Shown in pieces: positions 32,260 to 44,300 of a DNA stretch of 64,000 bases. Location: assembly GCA_937625935.1 (NCBI GenBank), contig OW569357.1, positions 492,462-556,461 on the forward strand, written 5' to 3'. Position 1 is the first letter of the stretch. Every line of letters starts with the position of its first letter. Position numbers and translations under genes: made by a program. Below the pieces are notes generated by a model. That model did no database searches, had not been told where the DNA came from, and saw only the letters and a list, made by a program, of their open reading frames with translations. The stretch comes from Tetramitus jugosus (lineage: Eukaryota > Protista > Heterolobosea).

Positions 32260-33531
32260 TCAAGCAACACCAGTTCTGGCTTTCTTCTTCTCGACAGTTA
32301 GGATGGACGTTTGTGGATTGTAGTGGGTCTCAAACTCTGCAAAATAGAACCATGTAAAAGAGGCATTCATAAACAGAGGACACCATCCCATTTCATCTGA
32401 CGCCCAGCAGCAACGGTTTCGCTCCGCTACGACTGGTTTCATGTAGTTATAGTGGACAACAGGAACAAAACCATCTTCGATATTGGGTGAGATTGCAATT
32501 TCATTTTCGAGCTCCTCCCTGCCCATGAGAGAGTAAATTTCATCTTGATCCAGATCTCTTGCACTTTGGTTGTTGTTGGTCAAGTCAGATGGAGAAATAT
32601 CCTCCTCTCCCAGGAAGATTTCACCTTCTCGACCTGTGAGAACCGCGTAGCAGAATTGAGACAATGGTATCAACATGTGATCTGTTTTTCGCCCAATCTT
32701 GACCATATCGAGCAAAATAGAAGGAACATAACCATTTGCATTTAGGAGACTGAGTATGAGTGCTAACTTGTGAACTTGGGTAGATCCATTGAAAGATATC
32801 AACTTATACTCACTTATCTCTTGGAGTCTAATTTCAATAGGACCACTGATTGAATTTTGTTGGCGCTTGAGTGGCCTAGCTAGTGCTGGTATCAAACCGT
32901 ACAATGACATGTAGGTCGTCATACTAAAAGAAGACGAGAATGCAAGACTCTGATTTGATGAGAGGATGTTTGATTCATCAATGGCCTTTCTCTCTTTGAA
33001 ACACTCCAGAGATTTATCTTGGTTCGTTTCTTGCTCTGCAATCTTTCCTTTGCCTAATGAACCAAAGAAATCCCTCTACAAGAATTGATCCCAGAGATAG
33101 TTCGATGACATAATCGTTCGATCCCAGTTCTTATTCACCAGTCGAAGTTGGAGTGTTTTGGGACATGAAATATAGCCCATGATTGTAGCTAATGAATCAT
33201 CATTCAACTCTCCAAGGTGGTTCGTCAGTGGCGTTTGAAGAATGTCAATTCTCTCGTCTCGGGTAGTGAACTCGTCAACGTTGGTGTCGAAGTTATCCAT
33301 GAGATGGAGGTATTCTAGAAATTTTTCCTTGTAAATCTGTTTCTCTGCATCAGATATCAGATACCAGGAGCGATAATTCGAGGTTACTTTGTTTTCTTTG
33401 TGTTGAATCTCCTCCTGCTGTGCAAAGTACTCTTCGACATTCTTTGACAGTTTTTGGAAATGGATCTTGAGAAGTTTGGCACCTCGTCGTCTCTGTTCCA
33501 CCGTTTCAAAATGTTGTGTCCGGCCTTCCAT
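32260..33531 (-). pseudogene. F-box protein gene interrupted by a single in-frame TAG
   Basis: F-box LNDDSLATIMGYI...LRLVNKNW...LWDQFL*RDF. TAG at 33078-33076; the frame continues unbroken into ORF 32260-32922. Confidence 0.7.
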
Positions 33532-33895
33532 CGTTTGTGTTGTGGTGACAGCGACTTCCGCAATTCTCGAACTGGGACGATGGTATTTTCCGACTCGATG
33601 TCCGACCAACAAATCTGTAGTTACTTAACGACAACGCCTCATTCTTGTGTATTGTATCCTCATGTGAATCTCAAGCGATGCGGTCGGCCAACGATGTCGA
33701 GTCTTCCTTCCTTCCAACGCCAAATCGGAACAATACATATATATAGCCAATTACTCCTCAACTCCGATTCACTTTTGCTTCTTCCAAAATATCCAGCCAT
33801 AACAACGCAGAGAATCAAGAAAAGCAAATCACCCTAATCCAAAGCAAACAAAACCATCAAACCAACTCCAGAAACTTACACAGCCACTGCATATC

Positions 33896-34687
33896 ATGAA
33901 TAACGATCCATACAATTACAATTACAACACGCAACAAACATCGGGCTATCAGATCCCACCATCGGATTTTCCTCCATTTCCCGCCACTTCTAATTCTCCT
34001 CCATACACTGAAAATTACCATGGATTCGACGACCAACAACATCAATCGAATGAATACATGGATGATGGCACTCACTCCATTGATCCAACAGCCACTTCCA
34101 CAGAATTAGAGCCACCTGCACCGACTAACCTCACTCCAGAACAAGTCGCAAGACAAAGATTTGCTTGGTCAAGCATTGGTCTCTGCATTCTATCCGTGCT
34201 GTTGGTCATTGGATGCATATTGTCCACTGTGATCAAAGCATTGGACATGAAAGGTGTCAAGGGTATCGTATCACTCGTGATTGGCTCACTTCTCAATTTG
34301 GCAGTTGTTATCGTAGCACTGTTTGGTATGGTGAGTTCATTGTTGAACAAGAAGGGATTGGAGAATTGGAGATATAGGACTGCTGTTTACAATTTGGTGG
34401 GCATGGTCATTCTGTGTCTGCTAGAGACACTGTATCTGGTGATTACCAATGTGCTGATTCCACTGTTGGGCATTGCCATGTTTTTCATTGGAATGATCTT
34501 TGTCGTTTTGTTCTATGGTCCATGCATCTTTGTGGCAGCCTATCGTCTCTATTTGATGCGATTGATTCCAGGTGCGATTCCACAGGAGGCAAGAGACGCG
34601 TTGACTGGATCAGTGTCTTCCGCATCTCGTGCTGTTCTGGGTCGTATTCTCTCCTCTGGAGCACAACAACAACCGCAACCACAATAA
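33896..34687 (+). CDS. Four-TM membrane protein of unknown function
   Basis: Tyr/Pro-rich N-terminus followed by four hydrophobic helices. Confidence 0.7.
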   Translation: MNNDPYNYNYNTQQTSGYQIPPSDFPPFPATSNSPPYTENYHGFDDQQHQSNEYMDDGTHSIDPTATSTELEPPAPTNLTPEQVARQRFAWSSIGLCILSVLLVIGCILSTVIKALDMKGVKGIVSLVIGSLLNLAVVIVALFGMVSSLLNKKGLENWRYRTAVYNLVGMVILCLLETLYLVITNVLIPLLGIAMFFIGMIFVVLFYGPCIFVAAYRLYLMRLIPGAIPQEARDALTGSVSSASRAVLGRILSSGAQQQPQPQ

Positions 34688-34737
34688 GTGTACACGACTA
34701 CACATGATAAAATGTTTATATCTACTTTCTACTATTT

Positions 34738-35823
34738 TCATTCCTTCTTCTTTTGTTTATCACGCAGAGATGGCAGAACGACAATGACTGGAAACAGAAG
34801 GAATCTCCAGGTGAGTTTGACGTTCATTGGCTCGACTTGTGCATTGGTCCATGGAGATCTCTGTTCAGATTGCTTGGTCAGCATTTCATACATCCACTCG
34901 TCGTATCGGTCACCATAGTATGACAAGAGCAACAGAGGGCTCAAGTAATAACATGCCATTGCTGTGAACAGGTGCCATAGACTGTGGAGCTTCAAGAACT
35001 CGAACCTTGGACAAGTCAAATTATCCATGTTCCAAACCAGAGCTGACAACAAGATACAAACAATGGAGAAACGCAGAGTTCTCTTCTTGGCTGCAGCATG
35101 CATATTGACACTCTCCAAAGCAATCGCACATCTCGTCTCGTCCAATCCTTTCGTCTTGTTCTTGTTATTGTACGCAGGGAATCTTGTCGTATAGTAGTAC
35201 GACTGTCTGTACACCATGATGAGCATGATAAATGTCAATATTCCAAACATGCTCTGAAACACCAATGGTTCCATTGGATCATAAACAGACAGCAAGAATG
35301 CAAACGAAATGACACAGGAAATCATAATCAACATGGATCGGATACTGTTGAACTGGTTGAAAAAGGTGAGAACAAAGTGATAGGCCTCTTGTCGATTCTT
35401 CTCCACACCTTCTGGCAGTTGACTGATTTTGAGTTGATCCATCGCTTGATGCTTATAGTCATCATATGTCAAACAACAGAAAATGACACAGAGCATGCCA
35501 ATTAACATGCTTAATTCATCCATGACTTGGAATGGATATCGCAGTGTCATGTGAAACATCCAACTTCCAACACCTACCAGTGCTCCAGACAGGGGTAGAG
35601 AATACCATCGTTTTGGAAGCGATTGTTTGCTACTGTACAGCAGCGATCGTAATTGGAACAAAAACAAGAGTGATCCCAACAGATAGAAGGAATTGGATAT
35701 CGTATTGAAAGTCTCTGCAATGAGAAATGAATGTTGGTAATCAGGTTCGCACCAATTGATCGACGATGTGTGCTTTCCCCAGAAACCAGGCTTGTTCAAC
35801 TCCAAGTTTAATGCTTGATTCAT
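34738..35823 (-). CDS. Alkaline ceramidase (ACER/YPC1 family)
   Basis: INWCEPDY, AETFNTISN, GSWMFHMTL, MDELSM, HSLWH motifs. Confidence 0.93.
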   Translation of the reverse strand: MNQALNLELNKPGFWGKHTSSINWCEPDYQHSFLIAETFNTISNSFYLLGSLLFLFQLRSLLYSSKQSLPKRWYSLPLSGALVGVGSWMFHMTLRYPFQVMDELSMLIGMLCVIFCCLTYDDYKHQAMDQLKISQLPEGVEKNRQEAYHFVLTFFNQFNSIRSMLIMISCVISFAFLLSVYDPMEPLVFQSMFGILTFIMLIMVYRQSYYYTTRFPAYNNKNKTKGLDETRCAIALESVNMHAAAKKRTLRFSIVCILLSALVWNMDNLTCPRFEFLKLHSLWHLFTAMACYYLSPLLLLSYYGDRYDEWMYEMLTKQSEQRSPWTNAQVEPMNVKLTWRFLLFPVIVVLPSLRDKQKKKE

Positions 35824-35975
35824 AATTTGGTTTGTTTTGTTGTTTGATTTTTGGAGGTTGTGGACAGCAATGTTTACGCCCTTTGCAATCGTCCGAAATA
35901 ACTCCGCGAGCTGAAAACAAAAGCCGAGAGAGCCGAGGTTGACCATTGTCCTGCGGATTCGGGCAATAACAGGTA

Positions 35976-37544
35976 TTATAGATCAGGCATGTATCTGGGA
36001 ATGTTCTCTGGTGCAGTCGCATTTTGAAGCATCGCATACTCGTCAATCAGAGTGTGTATCGCCTCAATACTATCATGGAAGAAGGAATCTTCCATGTATT
36101 GTGTATAGTGATGCATGTAAGATTTCTTCTTGTACAGTTTCATAAATCGATGTGACATGTTGGTGAATGTTTCGCCTATGCAGCAATTATTGGCAAGACA
36201 CAACAGGGAATAAGCTTGATTCACTGGAGGAACGCTGCACGATCCCACCTTAAATCCCTCCTCGTTCCAATGAATCATGTCAATCTCCTTCCTGAGCTTA
36301 ACAATATTCCGATTGATATCAGAGATTTGAACCTTTCCTCTGACCATTAACCCAAGAGCGAGATATTTACTGTGTTTAGGATCAACTGTCATTAATTGAT
36401 AATCCTTGTTGACAGCATCAGCAAACATTGCGTCGATATTTCTAGGGCTCATGTAATTCACATCTTTTGGCATAACGAGAGGACTCAAACTACTGAGTAG
36501 GAAGTGTAGTCTTGGATAGGGCACTAGATTCATTGTAATCTCATTTAAATCCACATTCAAACTGCCTTCAAATCGCATAGAACATGTGAGGTTGGTCAAC
36601 AAGTTGGCAGCAATGTTGTTCATGTGATCAAAAGGCTTACTCTGTGAAGAGGGATCATTTGAATTCGTTGTAATAGTAGTGTTTGCGTCGTAAGCCACCG
36701 AACCTCTGTTTCTAAACCGACCACTCTGGGAAACCAGCTTATTCGCTCGATTGGTTAGATCGAACAATGACTGATTATCAATCGGGAGAACACAATCGGC
36801 ATGATCTGCGAGTTCCTTCAGCGCCAAAATAGAGTTATATGGCGAAGTGATTACATCATCATCTTCAGATGGAAATACTGCAGTGGTGAACCGATAGACG
36901 TCCTCGTAATTGTCCTTTAGCAATTTTAAAATATATGTTCCTAGGCCTGAGCCAGTTCCTCCTCCCATTGAGTGCAACAAGAAGAAGCTTTGCAACGAAT
37001 CACAACATTCTGTTGCTCTTCTTACATTCTCCAATATTGTATCTGCATATTGTGGTCCATACACCTCATGTCCATGTGCCCAGTTGTTTCCAGAACCAGA
37101 CACATCACTGATGAGTGCTCTGTCGTCAAACAACTCTCCAAGCTTCTTATCTGCAAGCAGTTGGTTGATCACCCCCTCTTCCATATCCACCAAAATAGCT
37201 CGTGCTTTTAAGCTTCGAATCTCCTCGTTGGATGAGAAACCCAGCTTTTGTTGTTTCTTTGGTTTGGAAGGTTGTGCCTTCTTGAGTCGACCTGCAGTGT
37301 TGTTTTTCCTGCCGTACCGAAAGGGATCGTCAAATGAGCCATGATCATCATCGTCGTCCAAGTTTTTGACATCTGGGCAGTCTTCGTACCTAGAGTCCAC
37401 ATTTCTGAAGAAGGTGCTCAGTGCATCGTTGTACATTCCGTCCTTTGTGTGATTGGCATGTTCTGATAGAGCTAAATCCCAGAATCTACATCCAATCTGG
37501 TTACCACATTGACCTATTTGAATTGTAATGAGTTCTCGTGGCAT
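35976..37544 (-). CDS. TUBE1: Epsilon-tubulin
   Basis: MPRELITIQIGQCGNQIG, LKARAILVDMEEGV, SGSGNNWAHG, GGGTGSG, FPSEDDDVITSPYNS. Confidence 0.95.
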   Translation of the reverse strand: MPRELITIQIGQCGNQIGCRFWDLALSEHANHTKDGMYNDALSTFFRNVDSRYEDCPDVKNLDDDDDHGSFDDPFRYGRKNNTAGRLKKAQPSKPKKQQKLGFSSNEEIRSLKARAILVDMEEGVINQLLADKKLGELFDDRALISDVSGSGNNWAHGHEVYGPQYADTILENVRRATECCDSLQSFFLLHSMGGGTGSGLGTYILKLLKDNYEDVYRFTTAVFPSEDDDVITSPYNSILALKELADHADCVLPIDNQSLFDLTNRANKLVSQSGRFRNRGSVAYDANTTITTNSNDPSSQSKPFDHMNNIAANLLTNLTCSMRFEGSLNVDLNEITMNLVPYPRLHFLLSSLSPLVMPKDVNYMSPRNIDAMFADAVNKDYQLMTVDPKHSKYLALGLMVRGKVQISDINRNIVKLRKEIDMIHWNEEGFKVGSCSVPPVNQAYSLLCLANNCCIGETFTNMSHRFMKLYKKKSYMHHYTQYMEDSFFHDSIEAIHTLIDEYAMLQNATAPENIPRYMPDL

Positions 37545-37905
37545 TTTATATTTGTTGAATTCATTCCTCTGTCTCCAAAGAAAATGCTCCGATGAACCGT
37601 AAAGTTAAAAAGGCGGGAACGCTCGTCTTCTGGATCAGAAGGCCAAGTAACATTCATCTTTGAAAACCCATGTTCTTGGATGTTGCATTAAATTCTATTC
37701 CAGGATTAAGGAACCAGAACCTGATCAGAAGTGGTTCGAGTTTTTCCTAGAGCGGATAAACTCGCAACAATTCACACGCGATAATCTTTTTCCTCAAGGT
37801 CAGAAGAAGCTGTTTTTTGGACTCTCCTTTGCGGATGCAACAAAAACGAAAGAAGAAGAAGCCGCCAGCATTCAATCAACAACAACACATCCTCCTCGTG
37901 CAAAC

Positions 37906-39138
37906 ATGTCTTCTTCCACAAACAAAAGCAAAGCTCAAGCATCGTCATCATCAACATCAACATCAACAACAACAACAAGTGGTCAGCAAAGTGAAACATA
38001 CAAGGCAGCAATTCATTTCGCAGCGGGAGGTCTAGGAGGCTGCGTCGGTGCTATATTCACACAACCACTCGACGTACTCAAAACGAGGCTTCAATCATCC
38101 GTTAAAATTGATTCGATTCAACAAGGACACTACAACCATCAAACATCAACAGCAGGCACGACTACAGGAAGATCTTGGAGTCATTTGTTTCGATCAAAAA
38201 CATTGGCATCGCTTCAACTCACATTCAAGAATGAGGGCATGAGCGGACTATTTCGTGGTTTGGCGCCAAATTTGATTGGAATCGTACCCAGCAGAGCCAT
38301 TTATTTTTCATCGTACAATACGACAAAGAGCTTTTTGGAAAAGTTTGGATATTTCAATGACAAAAACAAAACGAACAACAATAGTGATGCGAGCTTGGAG
38401 CACGCAAGTCCATTGATTCACATTCTCAGTGCTGCTAGTGCTGGTGTTGTGGTTCCAACGATTATGAACCCTGTTTTCCTTGTCAAGACAAGGATACAGT
38501 TGGAACAGTTTAGTCGAACTCATACGACATCTGCATTGACATCTGCTGCTACATCATCAGCATCGATATCCACTGGAACACCAAACTACAAGGGCTACTC
38601 TGACTGTATCCGCAGAATTTATGCAGAGGAAGGAATTAGAGGCTTCTATCATGGATTAACGGCCAGTTTCTTAGGTATAGCCGAAACTGCAATCTACTTT
38701 GTTCTGTATGAACGAGCAAAAAAGTATTCCCTGCAACAGAAATTTGCAAAATCAGGGCTGACGGAGGAGGAGTTTTGGAAGACTGAGGCTGCTCGGTCCT
38801 TTAGCCCTATGGAGTACATAGTTTTATCTGGTGGTTGCAAGCTTTTGGCCAGTGCACTCACGTATCCACATGAAGTTGTTCGAACGAGAGCAAGAGAGCG
38901 TGTGAATGGCGTTTGCAGATACAACAAGGGTCTGATCAATGCCTTCTCAACCATTGCTCGAGAAGAAGGTTACAGAGGATTGTACAGCGGTATGGGAGCT
39001 CACATGTTACGTGTCGTTCCCAATACTGCCATCATGTTCCTGACGTACGAGTTTGTTGTGTGGTTGGCCGATAGTTCCTCTGATGAAAGAAAGAGAGAGG
39101 AACTAGCTACTCCCACTGAAGTAACAGACGAAGAATAA
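37906..39138 (+). CDS. Mitochondrial pyrimidine nucleotide carrier (Rim2/SLC25A33/36-like)
   Basis: Three carrier repeats (PLDVLKTRLQ, PVFLVKTRIQ, PHEVVRTR) and PNLIGIVPSRAIYF. Confidence 0.9.
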   Translation: MSSSTNKSKAQASSSSTSTSTTTTSGQQSETYKAAIHFAAGGLGGCVGAIFTQPLDVLKTRLQSSVKIDSIQQGHYNHQTSTAGTTTGRSWSHLFRSKTLASLQLTFKNEGMSGLFRGLAPNLIGIVPSRAIYFSSYNTTKSFLEKFGYFNDKNKTNNNSDASLEHASPLIHILSAASAGVVVPTIMNPVFLVKTRIQLEQFSRTHTTSALTSAATSSASISTGTPNYKGYSDCIRRIYAEEGIRGFYHGLTASFLGIAETAIYFVLYERAKKYSLQQKFAKSGLTEEEFWKTEAARSFSPMEYIVLSGGCKLLASALTYPHEVVRTRARERVNGVCRYNKGLINAFSTIAREEGYRGLYSGMGAHMLRVVPNTAIMFLTYEFVVWLADSSSDERKREELATPTEVTDEE

Positions 39139-39609
39139 AGTTTTTACTCTTCCTTATGTGAATGCATGCAGTTCTTCCTTGCTGTCACAAGTGTTTTGTA
39201 GTTGGATGACCGATCGAATTTCAATATATTTTGACTGGCCCGACATGATGTCTGAGCGAATTTTTTTCACACCCTGCGCCGATTCTGAATCTTTGAGGCG
39301 AATTTTTGTTGATCGCCTTTTGTAAACCCGCTATCAAACCGCGAAAACTGGATAAGCTTCTTGATGCTTGCTCAAAAAACTTGGGCTGACCACACATTCC
39401 AACGAAAAAAAAAGTTTCAGTCAACACACGTAACACACCATCGCTCGAACACACACCATCCACTTTCCCCTCAAACTCTTCATAGCATCATCATCGAGGA
39501 ATCTACTGGCCAATTCGCTCTATCTACTCTTCTTTTTTTTTTGATACAAAAAACAACAACAACCTAAACCTACCACCTACTACCTACAACTACCACCACA
39601 GCAATAGCA

Positions 39610-41082
39610 ATGGGCAAACAATCGAAACCTACCAGAGAAGTTGGAACAGGAGAGTTTGAGACTGACCATCACTTTTACCAAAAAACAATCAATGCTCAAG
39701 TATCAAGCGTCGTTCATCATTTTATGAATTTGGGCAATGAGCGAATCATCTCTCGCTACATGCACTTGAACCCTAATTGTAACCGTGAAGCACTCAGAGA
39801 AATTCTGAGCTATAAGCCAAAATTCTTCAAGTGGAGTGGTGCTGACTTGTTCAATGTCACTACAAGCAACGGTGTGAGAAAGATGGTGCTCATTGAGACC
39901 AACAGTTGTCCAAGTGGTCAAAAATCCATGCCAGTCCTAGCAGAGCACGATGATTATGGTGGTTATCGTGATTTGATGGAAAAGACTTTTAAGCCATTGG
40001 TCGAAGAGAGAGAAAAATTAGGATTGTTGCCAAAGGATGGAAGACTTGCTGTAGTGTATGATAAGAATGTGATGGAGGCGTCTGGTTATGCCACTACTCT
40101 GGCTGATTTGTTTGGTGAGCCAGTTTTGTTGGCCGAGTTTCACTCCATGGAAGATGATCCAAATGTGAGATGGACAGATGACAGAGTCATGGAAGTGAGG
40201 GACGCACAAGGTGTGTGGCATCCAATCAAGGCCTGTTTCCGCTATGTGACACAAAAACCATGGGATCGATTGCCAGTCAATGACACAAAGACTGTTGTTT
40301 TGAATCCGATTGCTTGTTGTTTGGCCGGTGGAAGAAACAAGTTGTTGGCAGCAAAGGCCTACGATTTCTTGAATGCCGAATTGTCCAATTCAGGACTCAA
40401 GCTCAACGTTCCAAACACGATTAGAGACGTGGAGAAGAATGTTGTTCCTATATGGGTGAACACGATGGGTGGATTTGCTGTTGTGAAGAATCCGTACAGC
40501 AATGCCGGTCAAGGTGTATGGACCATTACTAGTGAGGAGGAATTGGCAGAGTTTATGAGACAGGAGACTGGTTATGATCAGTACATTGTTCAGAGCTTGA
40601 TTGGTAATCATGAGTGGAGCAGCATGTCACACAGTGGTCAGTTCTATCATGTAGGAACAGTCCCTGACAAGAAGAACAATATTTATGTGGCTGATTTGAG
40701 AATGATGGTCCACTACAATTACAAGAGTCAATCATTCAGTCCATTGGCACTGTATGCAAGACGTGCTAGCAAGCCATTGGTTGATAATCCAAGCGACATG
40801 AAGCATTCATGGGACATTCTGGGAACAAACTTGAGTGTCAAGACTGAGAATGGAACATGGGACACTGATACGAGCAGATTGATCATTGCTGATAGAAAGG
40901 ATTTCAACAAGTTAGGCTTGGGTGTCGACAATTTGATTGATGCCTATATTCAGACTGTGTTGGCAACTGTTGCAATTGACAAATTGGCATGCCGATTGTT
41001 CGACGAGGAAGGTCGATTCAATATCGAACTGTTCAGAAGTTTGAACAAGGATGATTCGTTGGTCAGAGAAATTGCATTGTAG
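39610..41082 (+). CDS. Uncharacterised, probably circularly permuted ATP-grasp ligase
   Basis: N-terminal GADLF...LIETNSCPSG, then VVKNPYSNAGQGV, YIVQSLI and DLRM. Confidence 0.6.
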   Translation: MGKQSKPTREVGTGEFETDHHFYQKTINAQVSSVVHHFMNLGNERIISRYMHLNPNCNREALREILSYKPKFFKWSGADLFNVTTSNGVRKMVLIETNSCPSGQKSMPVLAEHDDYGGYRDLMEKTFKPLVEEREKLGLLPKDGRLAVVYDKNVMEASGYATTLADLFGEPVLLAEFHSMEDDPNVRWTDDRVMEVRDAQGVWHPIKACFRYVTQKPWDRLPVNDTKTVVLNPIACCLAGGRNKLLAAKAYDFLNAELSNSGLKLNVPNTIRDVEKNVVPIWVNTMGGFAVVKNPYSNAGQGVWTITSEEELAEFMRQETGYDQYIVQSLIGNHEWSSMSHSGQFYHVGTVPDKKNNIYVADLRMMVHYNYKSQSFSPLALYARRASKPLVDNPSDMKHSWDILGTNLSVKTENGTWDTDTSRLIIADRKDFNKLGLGVDNLIDAYIQTVLATVAIDKLACRLFDEEGRFNIELFRSLNKDDSLVREIAL

Positions 41083-41383
41083 TTTATTGATTTTTTTATA
41101 AAGTTTATGCAGCATTTACAACATTTCCATTCTCAATTTCCTGCATTTCACAACCACATGAAGCTTCAATCACTTGCTCATTTTGGCTGGAATACAAAAA
41201 TAAAAACACAAGAAACGATCTCATCGATAACACTAAAAAAGTTCCAATCCAACTGAAAGTTGAGATATTTTACTGCATATTGTTGTGACCACCACGATTC
41301 GTAGTGACGCCCAGTATAATTATCTATCTACAACAGTTGAGATATCAACTTTATTAGTCTCATGATAAAGTACTGTTTGTTAT

Positions 41384-44300
41384 TTATTCCATCTTCAAGA
41401 GCCCAACGTCGCCCAATTCTTTGCTCATGGCTCTCACAGTCATAAACTGAGCGTACTCTGGTGATACTGAGAATCGGGTGAAAGTGTCACAAATGTTCAC
41501 CAGAAGTTCATTCGAAACATTTAAGAACATTTCTTCAGCATCAGCAGCAGACACGTCATCAGTTCTTCCCAACAATGCTCTATAATTCTTCTTCACTTTG
41601 CTAGGAATGTTACATTCATAAGGACTTCCATTTGCGATACAATCATCATACAAATCCTGCAACATTTTCTTTCTCCTATCTTCAGATGCGGTGATATTGT
41701 CAGATCTCACATCTTCCAATCTCTTCCAAAGGATAATGTTCTCAAGAGCAAACTCCTTCTTGGCGTAGGTGGAGATTGCCAAATACCCATACTCATCTCT
41801 CAGCAGATTTTGCAATTGAGATTCAATTGTACTTGTGCCCGTCTTCAATTCACTCATGTACTGTTTTAGTGTTGCATAGTCTTCATGTTCTCTGTGAAGC
41901 TTGGTTCTCTGAACCAGACGAACAAGGGTGGACAAGCCTCCAAATGCCATTATTCTTAGAGACAGATACATGATGTCGAACAAGAATTCAATGATCTTTG
42001 CGGCAGAGTTAGGAGAAGCTCGAGAGTCGAATCGATCAGTGATACCAACGATGTATGACACTGTCATCACGAAGATGGCACACACCATGAAAATAGACTC
42101 AATTCTGAACATCAAGGGGTCATCCGACTTGAAATGATTCACCATGGTAGAGAAAATCTTGTTAAAGTATGCCAGATCTGCATTACCTTCGTCCATCTTA
42201 CGGTCTCTTCTCCATAGTTTTCGACTTAGAATAACAGTGCAGTCCCAAATAAATGTTACCACAATTAGAGCACCCAAAAAGAGTGACATCACGGAGAATG
42301 ACAGAGCATTGACAGTGGATGCGGCATTGGGTTTGATCACATTTGTTGCTTCAAGAATTGATATCACCACAAAGTAAGTGCAGACTGCAACAACAACTAG
42401 TGATCCAAGAATAACATATAGCAACTGTGATGATAACATCTTCAAGAATCGAATCTTCTTCAAGTTTCGTTTTTCAATATCCATGATAGCATACAAGTTC
42501 TTCAAGAAGAAGTAGCGTAACATTTGCCAGAAGTAAATGAAGAGTGACAATATCACCAAAGGATTCACAATCGTCAGAATGAGATAGGCGATACTATTGA
42601 TTCCTCTATAATCTCTGGCATTATTGGCAGCAATTAGTAACGAGTTTCTGATAATTCCATTCAAAATGCACTCCACAACAATTGCTCCCAACCCAATATA
42701 GGGAGCAAGGAAACGAGATTTAACAGGTTGCTTCTTTCTCCAGAGGAAAGTGATAATCAACAGAGCAACACTTATTACTGCCAAAAGTGAATTGACGATA
42801 ATACTGGTGATGTAGAGACCATCTGAAGCTTTGTTTGGAGCAGCTGGATCATAAATGATCATAGCGCTAAAGCTTGTTGTGTGAGTGCAGTGACATACGA
42901 CACTACTCTCTCCTTCTTCGTACAACCAGCATCCATCCGTGAACCAAGATGAATTTGTGCTCTCATCCATGAATCGACATTCAAATCTGAATGATGAATT
43001 TTCTTTCTCGATCTCTTTGTTCAAGACAATTTCCAAAGGATAGTCCATGTTAGACAATTTAACCTTGGTTTCGCCTTGTTTGATTTCAAAATCAACAATA
43101 GGAGTACTGAAATTTTGACGGCTTGTGAACTTATAAGGATTAAAAGTCTGGTTGAAGCTGATTGATTGAACAATGTACTCCTGTTCAGATGACAACAGAG
43201 AAATATTCCGAGGTACATTGACTTGGATGTCACCAGTAGAAACAGTAGTGCCTCCAATTGTGAAACCCTTTTCCTTCTTCACTGACAACTGGTACGTGTC
43301 TGTAGTGATGCTAGTTTGATTCTCAGAGATTAGCTTTGAATTTGCGAGCCAAGTCGACACTTTGGAGATTGTAGCAATCATTGGATTATTCAGTAGTGGT
43401 TCCTCCTCTTGATACTTGGTAAGTAAATTGGACACTGATCGAGCCAATGAATTTGTTGTTGAATCTCTCAATTCCAATTTTCCTTGAGTGCAGAGATCAA
43501 TAAGTTTATCCACGAGCAAGTGAGAATTCTTCGTCAGAGTGATGCTTGACCTGTTGTCGTATGTGTTGAATTCAGTCAGTGATTCCAAGGCATTAATACT
43601 GATTGTTGCCACATTGGCTGATAGTGATGTATTTTGTGTGGTATCTCTGTCCAAATTATTGGATACAAAAGATAGTACTGCTTCTACCATCTCTGTTGAT
43701 TGGTTATGAGCTTGAAGTTTGTTGAACGAACTAGCAACAACAGTTAAAATATCCACTGATGATTGATTATTCATGATTGAAATTAGAGATTGCAATACAC
43801 TTGATGAATTAGAGGACTCAACTAGGCTAATATTGAACCGAGAAAATGATGCAACACCATAGTTATTGGTTACTGTAGCCTGTATAGTGATTGTACTCGT
43901 GCTTAATAGAGGCAATATTGTTTGGATCCTTGACGTATACGATGGACTCTGCAGTGGAATAAATCTTTGACTCAGTGAATCATAATATGAGAATACATAG
44001 TCCAACGGATAGTATTCTGATTCATCAGTTGCACTAGCGCTCAGGCTAAATTGAGTTTCCAGAGCCGTTCCATTGCACGGAGAACAACCAGCTGTTTGAA
44101 TAATGGGCGCAGATGCCGTTCTTCCTGTCACAGATACCACTCCATTGTTCGTAAAGTTCGTGTAGCGCACACGTAATGTGAATACATACGTGCTGTTTGC
44201 TTTCAGATAGTCTTCTGGAAGAGCAAGTGGAACAACATTATATGAACGACCAGCAATGGTCACGCTCTCGTTTGCTTCTTTTCTCTCAATTATCCATTGG

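Noticed and set aside
33076-33078. Stop-codon reassignment (TAG) as in ciliates
   Set aside because: Many well-conserved genes here terminate at TAG or TAA at the expected position, and long ORFs lack internal stops.
37220-37380. Insert of about 45 aa in epsilon-tubulin as an unspliced intron or intein
   Set aside because: In frame, hydrophilic, located in a known variable loop, and without intein motifs or convincing splice sites.
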